Positions 1 to 11,905 of a DNA stretch of 64,000 bases are shown here, one piece after another. The notes under the pieces are model-generated. The model searched no databases. It had not been told where the DNA came from and saw nothing but the letters and a program-made list of their open reading frames with translations. Source of the DNA: Chiloscyllium plagiosum (Eukaryota); NCBI RefSeq assembly GCF_004010195.1, contig NC_057719.1:92645465-92709464 (forward strand), given 5' to 3'. The translations under genes and the position numbers were made by a program. Numbering within the stretch: position 1 is the first letter of the stretch; each line of letters starts with the position of its first letter.

Positions 1-310
1 AGTCTTGGTGATGGTCATTGAAGTCCCACACCCAGAGTACGTTCAGTGTCCTTGTCAAACTCAGTGATTCCTCTGATTTGTTTTCAGCATCGAGGGGAAC
101 TAAGTTATCACCGAGGTGTGGTGTGGAGGGAAGTACATCTCCATTATCAGGCGATTTTCTTCGCCACTTTTAATTTGCTACCATGGGATTTCTCGGGTTC
201 TGGACTCGATGTTGGTGTATCCCAGGGTAACTGCTTCTCTTATTATATGCCCTGGTGGGTCTGTCCTGCCGGAGGGGTAGGATACATTCAAGGATTGTGC
301 TGGAAACGTT
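1..310 (-). mobile_element. Old LINE (CR1/L2 group) AP-endonuclease fragment
   Basis: Minus strand reads VLWVWDFNDHHQD, resembling the xGDFNxHH motif of LINE endonucleases. Confidence 0.55.
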
Positions 311-607
311 ATCCATCAGGCATGAAATCAAATGATCAAGGTATTTTCATAACGATATTTGACTATTTTTTAAGCGAGGTGCCAATTCAGTCGAGATTGG
401 AGGCAAATTCCCACCGTAAGGTTGAGTGGATCTCACCAAGCTTTACACATTAATTGGTGTTCGAGTCCTCACAGTGAACGTCATATTGGGTTTCCCCCAC
501 ATCATACTGCACACAACTCGCAGAGCATCTCGCCACTCATGGATAAAACCTCACTTCCAAAAATCATAAGAATTAATATTTCAGCGCTTGTTACCTGGGA
601 TTTTGAT

Positions 608-1575
608 ATGGTTTCGCTGGGTAATGAGCCCGGCCAGATGTTAGACTTGGAAGTAGGTGAGCACTTTGGTGATAGCGATCACAATTCTGTTATGTTTACT
701 TTATGATACGAAGATTGGTGGAGTTGTGGATAGTGAGGAGGGCTGTTGTTGGCTGCAAAGGGACTTAGATATGATGCAGAGCTGGGCTGAGGAGTGGCAG
801 ATGGAGTTCAACCCTGTCAAGTGTGAGGTTGTCCATTTTGGGAGGGCAAATAAGAATGCGGAATACAGGGTTAATGGTAGGGTTCTTAGTGAGGTGGAGG
901 AGCAGAGGGATCTTGGGGTCTATGTTCATAGGTCTTTGAAAGTTGCCACTCAGGTGGATAGAGCTTGTAAGAAGGCCTATGGTGTATTAGCGTTCATTAG
1001 CAGAGGGATTGAATTCAAGAGTCGTGAAGTGATGTTCCAGCTGTACAGGACTTTGGTTAGGCCATATTTGGAGTACTGTGTGCTGTTCTGGTCGCCTCAC
1101 TTTAGGAAAGATGTGGAAGCTTTGGAGAAGGTGCAGAGAAGATTTACCAGGATGTTGCCTGGAATGGAGAATAGGTCATACGAGGATAGGTTGAGCGTGC
1201 TAGGCCTTTTCTCATTGGAACGGAGAAGGATGAGAGGTGACTTGATAGCGGTGCATAAGATGATCAGGGGAATAGATAGAATAGACAATCAGAAACTTTT
1301 TCCCCGGGTTGGACATAAATTTAAGGTGAAGGGTGGATGGTATAGTGGAGATGTTAGGGGTAGGTTCTTTACCCAGAGAGTGGTGGGGGCATGGAATGCG
1401 CTGCCTGTGGGAGTGACAGAGTCAGAATCATTGGCGAACTTTAAGTGGCAATTGGATAGGTACATGGACGGGTGCTTAAGCTGGGACAAATGTTCGGCAC
1501 AACATCATGGGCCGAAGGGCCTGTTCTGTGCTGTATTGTTCTACGTTCTATGTTCTATGTTCTATGTTCTATGTG
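608..1575 (+). mobile_element. CR1/HER1-type LINE, internally deleted, with 3' tail
   Basis: Endonuclease C-terminus (GNEPGQ...GEHFGDSDHN) joined at about 703 directly to the RT C-terminus (DTKIGG...WQMEFNPVKC...LVRPYLEYC...LERRRMRGDLI); (TTCTATG)n tail at about 1539-1574. Confidence 0.93.
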
Positions 1576-1579
1576 GTGA

Positions 1580-1680
1580 TTGTACAAACTCCACACGACA
1601 GTTGCCCGAGGCTGGAGTCAAACCCGCGTCTCTGGTGCTCTAAAGCAGCAGTGCTAACCACTGAAACATCATGCTGCCCC
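1580..1680 (-). mobile_element. HE1-type SINE, 5' fragment
   Basis: Reverse complement of the tRNA-like head (CAGTGGTTAGCACTGCTGC) and body (TGTGGAGTTTG). Confidence 0.8.
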
Positions 1681-1699
1681 TTTTGTCTCGTTTAACTAT

Positions 1700-2622
1700 T
1701 CCTCTCTCACCCTAAACCTATGCCCTCTAGTTCAGGACTCCCCCACCCCAGGGAAAATACCTTGTGTATTTATCCTACCCATGCCCCTCATGATTTTCTA
1801 AAACTCTATAATGTTACCCTCAACCTCCGATGCTCCAGGAAAAACAACTCCAGCCTATCCAGCCTCTCTCTGCCCCTCAAATCCTCCAAACCTGGCAACA
1901 TTCTTGGAAATCTTTTCTGAACCCTTTCAAGTTTCACAACATCCTTCCGATTAGGAGGGAGACCAGAACTGCATGCAGTATTCCAATAGTGACTAAATCA
2001 AAGTCCCGTACAACCGCAGCATTACCTCCCAACTCCTATACTTAAGGCTCTGATCAATAAAGGAAAGCATACCAAATGCGTTTTTTGTTGTCCTATAATC
2101 CTGCGACCCGACTTTCAAGGAACTATGAACCTGCACACCAAGGTTTCTTTGTTCAGCAAAACACCCCAGTAACTTCCCATTAAGTGTAGAAGTCCTGCTC
2201 TGATTTGCTTTTCCAAAATGCAGCACCTCACATTCGTCTAATCTGAACCCCATCTGCCACTCCTCAGCCCATTGGTCCAATTGATGAAGATCACATTCTA
2301 CTCTGAGATAATCTTTTTTCTCTGTCCACTGCACCTCTAATTTTGGCGTCATCTGCGCACATACTAACTATTCCCCTATGTTCACACTCAATTCATTTAT
2401 AATAAATGACAAAAAGCAGTGGAACCAGCACCAATCCTTGTCACATACCAATAGTGAAAGGTTTCCAGTCAGAAAATCAACCTTCCACCACCACACTCTC
2501 TCTTCTACTTTCAAGCCAGTTCTGTACCCAAGTGGCTAGTTCTCCCTGTATTTCATGAGATCTAACCTTACTAACCAGCCCACCATGAAGAACCTTGTTG
2601 AATGCCTTACTGAAGTCCATTT
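1700..2622 (-). mobile_element. CR1-type LINE RT fragment
   Basis: Minus strand encodes WAEEWQMGF...CEVLHFG...LGVQVHSSLKV with frameshifts. Confidence 0.9.
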
Positions 2623-2798
2623 GGGTTCTTTGAAAGAACTGGACAGTTGTTACATGTTAGAATGTATTACAGTATTTAATAATAATGAATGATAGTGAAG
2701 TAAATACATCCTACTGATGTTGCAAAGTCTTTCAGTATGACAGAATTAGTGAAACATTTAATGTCAATGGAAGCCACAAGAATACAAAAACTATCAGG

Positions 2799-2915
2799 TC
2801 ACCTGATGAAGGAGCAACGTTCAGAAAGCTTTTGATTTAAACCTGTTGGACTATAACCCGGTGTCGTGGGACTTCTGACTTTGGTCACCTCATTCCAACA
2901 TCGGCATGTCCACAT
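2799..2915 (+). ncRNA. Short Penelope-derived repeat with a decayed minimal hammerhead-ribozyme-like motif
   Basis: CTGATGA (2803-2809), hairpin GAGC-AAC-GTTC, GAAA (2824-2827), GCT; the downstream AAACCTGTTGGACTATAACC recurs at about 59297. Confidence 0.6.
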
Positions 2916-3969
2916 CGACATTCAATAAATAGGAGGAACAGTTTTATGATTGTTGACCATAATTTATGTGGATATGTCCAACGAGTCTGCATGGATTCCC
3001 AACTTTGCAATAAACATAAATACATTAGACTGAGGGGAAGGTGCAAATTATCAGACGTTTTCCAAACAACACACAAATTTGCACAAAAACACAAATGCTT
3101 GGGAGAAAGAAGACCTCAGTAGATCTGACAGTCGGGGAGAGAAGTGAGAGTTAACGTTTCAGGTGCAGTAGCAGATCTTTCAAAGGAAAATTGCCCATGT
3201 TGGTAAGATCAAGAAGCATAGCTGCAGATCGCAAGAACGTATCAAACATTTGTAGGGCTGGACAGAAAACAAATCTTCAATCCTGAGTAAAGCAACTTAT
3301 TGGAATATCACTTACGTTCGCAGAAGATGCAAGAGAAATTTGAATGAACGCGGAGATACCCGAAATTAGCACACATGTCGGTATGGTGGAGTCGTTTTCT
3401 TTTATTAATGTAGGCATGGAGTATATGGACAATATGATTATGCTGGAACTGTATATAAGGCTAATTAGGCGACATTTTAATTTTTTGTACTCATTTGCAC
3501 TGTTCACTTCATTATGTTTACATTGGTAGTAAACCACTGTCAGTTAACCAATTATGCTCGAAGTGGAAAGGAAGGATACTGTTTGTTTTTCAGAAATTGA
3601 AGATATTAAAGGCTTTTTCCGATGGCTACGAACTTCTGAACCTGACTGCAGACTTTCAACACTGCTACACCGTGATGGATGTGACATTCACAACCAATCA
3701 AGCCATTAGGGCGGCACGGTGGCGCAGTGGTTAGCAGGTAAGAAGTGTATGCACCAGGGGTAATACAACTGGTGCAACCATTCGGTTTTGAACAAAACAG
3801 CATGAACAGCAGACAATAGAATGTAAAATAACATAACTTACGTGCAAATCCAATCAACTCTATCCAAAATTTAATACGCTATTCCAAATATTTGCGACAT
3901 CCCCAAAAACATCCCTTTCAAAAAAGAAAACAATCAAACACAGGCATTATATAATAGCATACCTCGAGT

Positions 3970-4265
3970 GTGGAAACAGGCCCTTCAGCCCAGCAAGTCC
4001 ACACCGCCCCTCCGAAGAGTAAACCATACCAACCCATTCTTGTATTACCCTACATTTATACCGACCAATGCACATAACCTATGCACCCCTGAACACTATG
4101 GACAATCCACTTAAACGACAGGCTTTTGGGCTGTGGGAGGAAAACCACGCAGGTATGTGGAGAATCTGCAAATTCCATACAGACAGATGGCCGAGACTGG
4201 AACTGAACCAAGGTCCCTGGCACTGCGAGGTTGCATTGCTAACCACTGAGCCAACGTACCACCGC
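3970..4265 (-). mobile_element. HE1-type SINE
   Basis: Reverse-complement similarity to the SINE at 8920-9243. Confidence 0.88.
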
Positions 4266-5499
4266 AAAAGGGTCTAACAGAAGAGATGGCAGAGAGAGAG
4301 AGGATCAGCATGGAGCCGTTTCTATGGGTCCAGCAGTTCCCAGCTAAAACCTGACCAGCAGCTGCAAAACAACCAGAGTGCTAAAACCAAAACAAACCAG
4401 AGGAAAGCTGAGCTGAGAGAATTATCCATTTCCCTTTCTTGCAAAAGAGTTTTCTTTAAAGTTAAAAACTTTTTGCGTGAGGCAGTGTCGGTTAGCAATA
4501 AGCAACTTGTTCCTAAAACCCATACAAACCAGACACATCAGAACCTTGATGTTTACTGCCACTCTCAAAAACGAACCAAGAACAGAAACACTTTGCCAAA
4601 GGAGCAGCATTGTCACAGATCATTCTGGAGTGTTAAGGAAAATCTCGAAGATCTTTTCATAAGATGATATTCGGAATCAAGAATGTTTGACATGGGGTTG
4701 AAATACAGATTTAAGTGTGCAAAATTGATTGCTATTTCGGAGGTAACAAACATGAGAAATGCCTCGTAAACAAAATCATGCACTGCAGAACGGGTCTCAG
4801 ACACGACCATCTACTTACGTACAGAATTGGTGGCTGGAAAAAGCACAAAAATACAGTTTAACCGATTAGACACGGACACAGAGAGAAACTGACTTTAAAC
4901 CAATGAAAGCAGCATGACTGAAAGGGAGGTTGGAGAACATATCGAAGTAAAAAGATTGATTATCTGTTACATCACAATGTTACAGACATATAAGAATATG
5001 GGCTCTGGGAGGTGTTATAGTGGACTGAGTGAAAAGGTCCATACAAACACCCCATCTAGAGTGGTTGTAAAGTGCATGTACTCCATGTCTGAACCAATAG
5101 CTATTATTGTAACGTGTTGCGATAGTGAATGTGTGTGAAAGAAGACCGACCTCAGAATCGGATGGTGTAGGAGTCTGTACCCATGGAACCACAGAGAAAA
5201 CAAAAGGCAGGAAGCGTACGCTGACGGTAAAGCCTGATAAACGTTAGAGCTGCACTGTTTCATACAATGAAACTTCGTCTAGGTAGGCTACGTACGTGTG
5301 GAAGAAGTACCACTCAATGATACAATCATTCACACAATTGGCAAGGAAGGAAACATAGTCAAGGAACATCCTCAAGATGGATAAAAATGAAGTGAGCTGG
5401 AGAAATCTTGAGTCCTTGATGAGGGCATTTTATTGTTAGTGGGTAAAGTGATCTTTGGATAGAGAACTGTAGGATATAAAGAAACAAGAAACACAAATT

Positions 5500-6640
5500 G
5501 AGGAGAATGATTATGAAATATAGCAAATTCTGGAACAAATTATTTAAGTCGATTAACTGAAAAAAAAGATGCAGATCATATTCTGCTCACAACAATAGAT
5601 AAGAAAGAACATACCTGGAAGTTAAACAGAGAACTGAGTCAGATGAGTTGAGCAGAGCTTGAATTTATTGCAATTCGGAAAGCAGGAAGTTACATATCTG
5701 ATATATCAAGTCAGGCATTGAGAAAATGCAGTCCCAGTGGAATGAAGTACCGCATTTTAAGGTCATTCATTGCTCACACACACTATTGGGGTTGGGGAGG
5801 GAAAGGGAAATTTTAGATTGCTTATTTAATGTCGGAATTTTGAGGAAAGATCATCAGAACTGGCAGAACTAGTGGAGTTTAATGGCAGAGGAAAACTTTA
5901 CCTGTGTAAAGCAAAAGTTACCATCCATCCCAGCACTGGGGCTACCCGATGGATGAAAACCTTTTTATGTTTTCTGTGAAACTGATAGCAGTGTGTGTCA
6001 AAACCACCATGAAAACATGAATCCGGTAGCCGCTGATTCTGTGAAAAGAGGTTCTGTAATGGCCAAACTGCACCTGTGCTAATGATTAGGAGAGTGGCAC
6101 ATGAGCAATCGAGATGACTGAACCCATCACATTGATGAGACAAGGTATCCTACTGCACTCCCCTTCCCTGCCGAGTCTTGAGACCTTACTGTAGTTGGGA
6201 AAATGAAAAGCAGTATCTGACAGCCACAGAATTCAATGTGAGTCTGTGCTACAAATATAACTGCGGATAAGTAGGATGTTTGGTAGAACTGATGGAAGGA
6301 AGTAGATGGACATGCATACGAAGTCAAAGATGGAGAAAGTGTTGGGTTTGTTGAGGAACCACGGGGTGTAGACGGATCAAGGAACGATTATCAGGGAAAT
6401 TCCTCACTGCTTGGACACTGGAAGATATAAAGGGAAACTTGACGATGGGAGACCATATAGCAGAACTAAAAGCCATGACAGCAGCTCTGAAATTAGCCAA
6501 GGGTCAAAATGTCAACATATACACAGAGAGTGTAGATGTGTTTTTGGAATAGTGCATGACTTTATGGCGGGTTGAGGTTGGCGTAGATATCCACTTCATC
6601 TGGATGCCACATACAAAATGAAGAATAGATTACAGGACAA
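5500..6640 (+). mobile_element. Decayed class I (epsilon/gamma-like) endogenous retrovirus pol fragment (RT, connection, RNase H)
   Basis: In order: DADHILL (5568, decayed YxDD), QFGKQEVTYL, IPALGLPDG*KPFYVF (about 5925), VDGS (about 6368), IAELKAMTAALKLAKGQNVNIYTES / RCVFGIVHDF...TSSG (6457-6620); many stops and frameshifts. Confidence 0.8.
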
Positions 6641-6644
6641 TCTG

Positions 6645-6895
6645 CTATAGAACCCCTACAGTAGTGGAAACGGGCCCTTCAACCCAACAAGTCCACACCG
6701 ACTCTCCGAAGGATATCCCACCCAAACCCATTTCTCTGCATTTACCCCGACCTACACATCCCTGAACACTATTGGCAAGTTAGCATGGTTTATTCACCTA
6801 ACCTACACATCTTTGGAGCGTGGGAGGAACCCAGAAGCTAGATTCAAACCCCGGTGCTGTGAGGTAGCAGCACTAATCACTGAACCACCATGTTG
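6645..6895 (-). mobile_element. HE1-type SINE
   Basis: Reverse-complement SINE tail (GTGGAAACGGGCCCTTC) and head. Confidence 0.85.
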
Positions 6896-7039
6896 GCCCA
6901 ATGAGCACTTCGTCAGCATGAATTTGGTATAACACAATCGAAGAACTGGGGACACTGCTTCTGAAGTGCCAAGTTATAAAGCATCTATTTCTCGTAAAAT
7001 GATTCACTCCCCATTAGCTTAAATGGTGCTGTAATTCGC

Positions 7040-8390
7040 AAATATTTTATAACATGGGATTGCACAAGAATGGAACTACCACATTTTAGCAGGACTGACT
7101 ATACCAGACCTGAACTATACCACCTTTCAACACCCCAAAAGCCAGAAGAATAGCAGAATAGAATGGTCACAGAATGTTGCTAGAAATGATTAACGATGAC
7201 AACAACTGTCTCCACAAATATGAGTGGGAAATTTCACGCCAAAGAAACATTTTACAAGATGCAACTGACCAGGAATGTGCACATTAGAATGAGCCATCAG
7301 TATCGAATAACAGCAGAACAAGAAAAACGAAATAAAACTAGCCCTACAAGAAAATAAACCTTACAAGTGGCACAAAAGAACAACACAGACAGTTAAGAAG
7401 GTCGGATTAAGCTCGGATTGATCAGTAAAAAATATGGAAAAGTCGACCTAGTAAGAGGGATGAACTACAACTGCAAAGATACGGACAAAAAGGACTTCCT
7501 AGCCGCGTTGGAATCAACCCTGAAAGACAACAGACTTACAGAAGAAACCTATCAGCCCATCAGACAGATAGCACCATCGACACTAAGCAGGAAGAAAGAA
7601 GGGAATACCTACAATGTACAGGAAAAGAAAGCCCTGGAAGGACTCAGAAAAGACGGAAATATTGTAATCCTACTGGCAGACAAAGGGCGCATAAACATCT
7701 TCCTAAACAGAACACAGTACAGTACATGGAAAACGCAAACTCACGACTCAAAAGTACTGACACCTACCAGCATGTGGCGATGGAGCCAACTCCACAGCAA
7801 GAAACCACATCAGTGTATTGAAGAAAATCCACAATACTCCACAAATCAGGCGAAATTAACAAGACAAATCTCCAAAGAATTAAACCTGGTCATCCAACAC
7901 ACCTAGTTTCTACGGAGTTACTAACGTACATAAACCAGGAGCCTCCCATAGTCGCACTTCCCGACACACTGACTTACACATGAGCAAAGGAAATTCACCG
8001 TAAACTGAAATACCTAGTAGAAGTCTCATGCCAATCCATACCCTCCAGCCAAGAATTTCTGAACATCATCAAAGCCACCAAGGTAGAAGTAGACAAAGTC
8101 ATGTCCCCCGTCGATGTGACGGCCTTATCCACATCAGTTAACATCAGCCTGATTAAAGAAACACTGACCTCACTACTAGACGAACCAAGGACACAAACAA
8201 CAGACAGCACCAACTCCATCAGCAGGGACAACATCCTCAAGCTAGCAATCTTGTGCCTCAACTTCAATGTCACGACCTACAAACAAATCAATAGGACACC
8301 CATGTAATCACCAATATCAGGATTCTTAGTAGAAGTAGTGATGCAGAGACTAGATGAAAAGCCATAGCTATGGGTGCAATATGCTCAAAC
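7040..8390 (+). mobile_element. Penelope-like element, decayed RT region
   Basis: IVILLADKGR, FYGVTNVHKPG, DVTALSTSV and YKQINRTPM*SPISG match PLE RT motifs (DKG, YGxPKxHK, DVxSLF, GxPMGSP). Confidence 0.85.
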
Positions 8391-8919
8391 TAGCCTGAGG
8401 ATATGAAGCCAATGCAGTCCCATTGAGTGCGACCGGCAAACAACCGTATTTCCTAAATACAGGAAACAAGTATTACCAAGATGTGTTAAGTACAAACCAT
8501 CTCTCACACCCCATGTGGCAGGAAAATAGCAGAACAGAACGGCTGCAGTATTCTGAGAGAAATGATTCATGATGCCCACAACCGATTCCATAAATACGAA
8601 CAGGAGATTACAGGCCAAAAACTTTGTACACCAATGCGATTGACCAGCAATGGACAAGCACATTAGAAATAGCCATCAGCATGAAACAACTTGTGAGATG
8701 CTACCTCCTGTTGAGAGACATTACTTATATTCAACGTACATTACAATAACATTACATTAAGAAATAACATTTTGTGGATTCAGTACATTTATGAACACGT
8801 TCGGAACGTTAAATTTTCTTTGGAAAATATTGTAATGCTTTCAATACTTAAATGGATAAAGAAAACTCCAGATTTGATTCTCAATCACATCAAAACCTTC
8901 AGCAATGGGCGGCAGTGTG

Positions 8920-9243
8920 GGCGGCACGGTGGCACAGTGGTTAGCAATGCTGCCTCACAGCGCCTGTGACCCGGGTTCAATTCCCGCCTCAGGCGACTGA
9001 CTGTGTGGAGTTTGCACGTTCTCCCCGTGTCTGCGTGGGTTTCCTCCGGGTGCTCCGGTTTCCTCCCACAGTCCAAAAAGATGTGCAGGGTCAGGTGAAT
9101 TGACCATGCTAAATTGCCCGTAGTGTTAGGTAAGGGGTAAATGTAGGGGTATGGGTATGGGTGGGTTTCGCTTCGGCGGGTCGGTGTGGACTTGTTGGGC
9201 CGAAGGGCCTGTTTCCACACTGTAATGTAATCTAATCTAATCA
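8920..9243 (+). mobile_element. Young full-length HE1/V-SINE-type SINE
   Basis: tRNA-like head with A box (TGGCACAGTGG) and B box (GGTTCAATTCC), central body, LINE-derived tail GGCCGAAGGGCCTGTTTCC and (TAATC)n end. Confidence 0.95.
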
Positions 9244-9789
9244 ATATGCATAAAAAGATGACGAATTCAGCTCCGTAGTTCTGATGTGAACACGTACAAT
9301 TCTGAGAGTGGACCTCTATTGTATTGATTATCACATGGGTAAATGTTGGAAGGGAAAGTACATACATGTGAGGGTCTGAAACACTTTCCAAGCGGTTAGA
9401 TTGCATTTCTTTTTAAACATTGTTCGAGGTGGACTTGGAATTAATTCAGTAGAACGGTGAAACGTTAACTGCGATCAATGCATGAATGCATGACAGGACT
9501 GGTGGTGTTTGTCTAACTCAAGGCTGCCACGTTGCTGCGACTTAGCATGAATTACATTGGCAATGCATAAATTGAACACAGAATGTGGAAAGCAGTCAAA
9601 TGAACATTTCCAATGTGTAATAAATATTCGGATATGTTTCACTCCTGCTATTGCTTATTAATGTTTTTATTGATTTAACCCACTACCTGTGGTTGAACTG
9701 ATGGCAAAAGAGATAAAAAAAACCCGACAAACTTCTGGAGAAACTTAACAGATTTGGTAGCGAAAAAAGTTCTTCATCAGAATAAGATG

Positions 9790-10345
9790 ACTGATAAGAT
9801 GCATTCATGAAGCGGTCAAGTAGTGTGAATTGTGAACTACACAATCTTCGTACAGGCACCGATACCAGAGAGTAAAAAGCATAGGCATTCTTTCTGAAGG
9901 AAACACCATTGATTTCTCACATTTCTCAATTATCCAAGCAAGCTGTCCACTTTCTCTGCTGTACTGCTCTAACAGAGATTTACTGAGAAGAACCTTGTGG
10001 CATTTCAGTGTGGCCGAGTCATGCATTTCTTTTCCGCAAAGTGAGAACTTTAAATTCAGGCGTGTCCTTTTCTTTTCCATGTCAATTTATAATCCTTTGG
10101 AATTTTATTTGCTCTTTGACAAAATTCTACCATATTGATAGTTTAACTATTTGCCCAACTTCATCTCTAAAATTAAGTTTATTTCTCGGACCATCCTTCT
10201 CTCTTCATATGCTGGCTTAAGAGAATAGGCCTCCTGATTACATTTTGAGAACTCTGCTTCATCCGAGAACTTCACACTATTATGATACGAAATGTTGGGG
10301 AAGTTGAAATCTTGAACACTGAAAAATTTAATCAACTCCATTGAA
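9790..10345 (-). mobile_element. Old CR1 endonuclease fragment
   Basis: Minus strand DFNFPNI...AEFSKCNQE resembles the CR1 GDFNFPNI...EFxxCxQE pattern. Confidence 0.6.
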
Positions 10346-10869
10346 TCTAGAAACCAAACTATTACCTCTTTCGGAGTCAGGTTAAGCCTTGGCAGATTAA
10401 TATTCGAGTTTAGCTACGATTTCGAACCAGAGCATTGGTATCTGGAGACGATGAGATGGATCTTATGCCATGTTGTTCTTTGCAATTTTATGTCTTTTCG
10501 ACCATACCGTCGATGACACTTCTGGAAGCATTAAGTCTGCAGTTTGTCTTCTTAACAACAGTGACTTTTCAGTTATTTATTAGAATTTGCATTAATTGTC
10601 TGTTGTAAAAAAAACTTTCCTCCAATTAACGCTTTCACGACAGGACCTTCCTTTATATGCAATCTTAATTGCTTATTTTCATGAGACAGTAATTTGGCAA
10701 GCAGTGCTCCCTGCTCTCTTCCCGGAAACAGCTTGTTTATGTTACACTATGTTACACTGGCTCGCTGCCCTGATCCAGCAATGGTCAGTGCAAGCTGGAA
10801 TAACAACACCTCATTTTCAGCTTGTGAACTCTAGAGATTTCTGGATTCTGGGTGGGGTGGGTGGGTAGT

Positions 10870-11871
10870 AAAAGATGGAGGGGAGTAGCATTGTTCTTTA
10901 GAGAGTGCATGACAGCTGCAGGAAAGAAGGTTGTTCGGGAGGATTGTCTACTAAGTCAGTATGCAAGAAGGTTACATAGAGAAAAGGAGCAATCACATTA
11001 TTGGGTGTTTTCTATAGGTCCTCCAATAGCAGCAGAGAGATTGAAGAACAAATTAATCAGCAGATTTTGGAAAGGTGCAGATATAACAGGGTTGTTGTTA
11101 TGGGTGACTTCAACTTCCCCAATATTGATTGGAGCGTCCATAGTGCAGATGGGCTGGATGGATTCTGAATGTGTCAGCTGTGTCCAGGAGGGAAAACTGA
11201 CAATATGTAGTTAGGCCTCTAGGGGGGAGGCCATATTGGATTTGGAGCTGGGCAATGAGCCAGGCCAGGTGTCAGATTTTTCGGTGGGACAGCATTTCGG
11301 TGACAGCGACCACAACTTTCTCACTTGACCACAGCCATTGAGAGGGATAGGAGCAGACAGTATGGGAAGTTTTTTTAATTGCAGAAAGGAAAATTATACT
11401 GCTTTTAGACGGGAGCTGTAGAGTATAAATTGGGAACAAATGTTCTCTGGGAAATGCACAACAGAATTGTGGAGGCTGTTTAAGGAACATTTGTTGCCAG
11501 TATTGCATAACTTTGTCCCACTGAAACAGGGAAGGAATGAGAAGGGGAAGGAGCTTTGGATGACAAGAACAGAGGAGCTGCTCATCAAAAGGAACAAGGA
11601 AGCTTAGTTAAGATTGAGGAAGCAAGGATCTGGAACAACTTTAGAGGATTGCACTGCAGCTACGAAAGAGCTCAAAAATGGCCTGAGGAGAACTAGGATG
11701 GAGCACGAAAGAGTCTTGGTGGGAAGGATTAGGGAAACCCAAATCGTTTTACACGTACGTGAGGAAGGAGAGAATGATCAGAGAGAGTGTAGGACCAATC
11801 AGGGATAGAGGAGGGAATTTGTGCCTGGCGTCTGAAGAGGTAGGAATGGCCCAGAATGAGTTTTGTGCTTC

Positions 11872-11905
<34 letters not shown>

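Noticed and set aside
415..505. tRNA gene (GTTCGAGTCC B-box-like motif)
   Set aside because: No cloverleaf or acceptor stem could be built.
657..1643. 328-aa ORF as a host gene
   Set aside because: It is the CR1 RT C-terminus reading through the LINE tail and a SINE.
8920..8990. tRNA gene
   Set aside because: It is the tRNA-derived head of a SINE that continues into body and tail; the same applies to the other copies.
8885..9406. 173-aa ORF, and the similar ORF at 53650-54021
   Set aside because: Antisense translation of the SINE (DCGRKPEHPEETHADTGRTCKLH is shared by copies).
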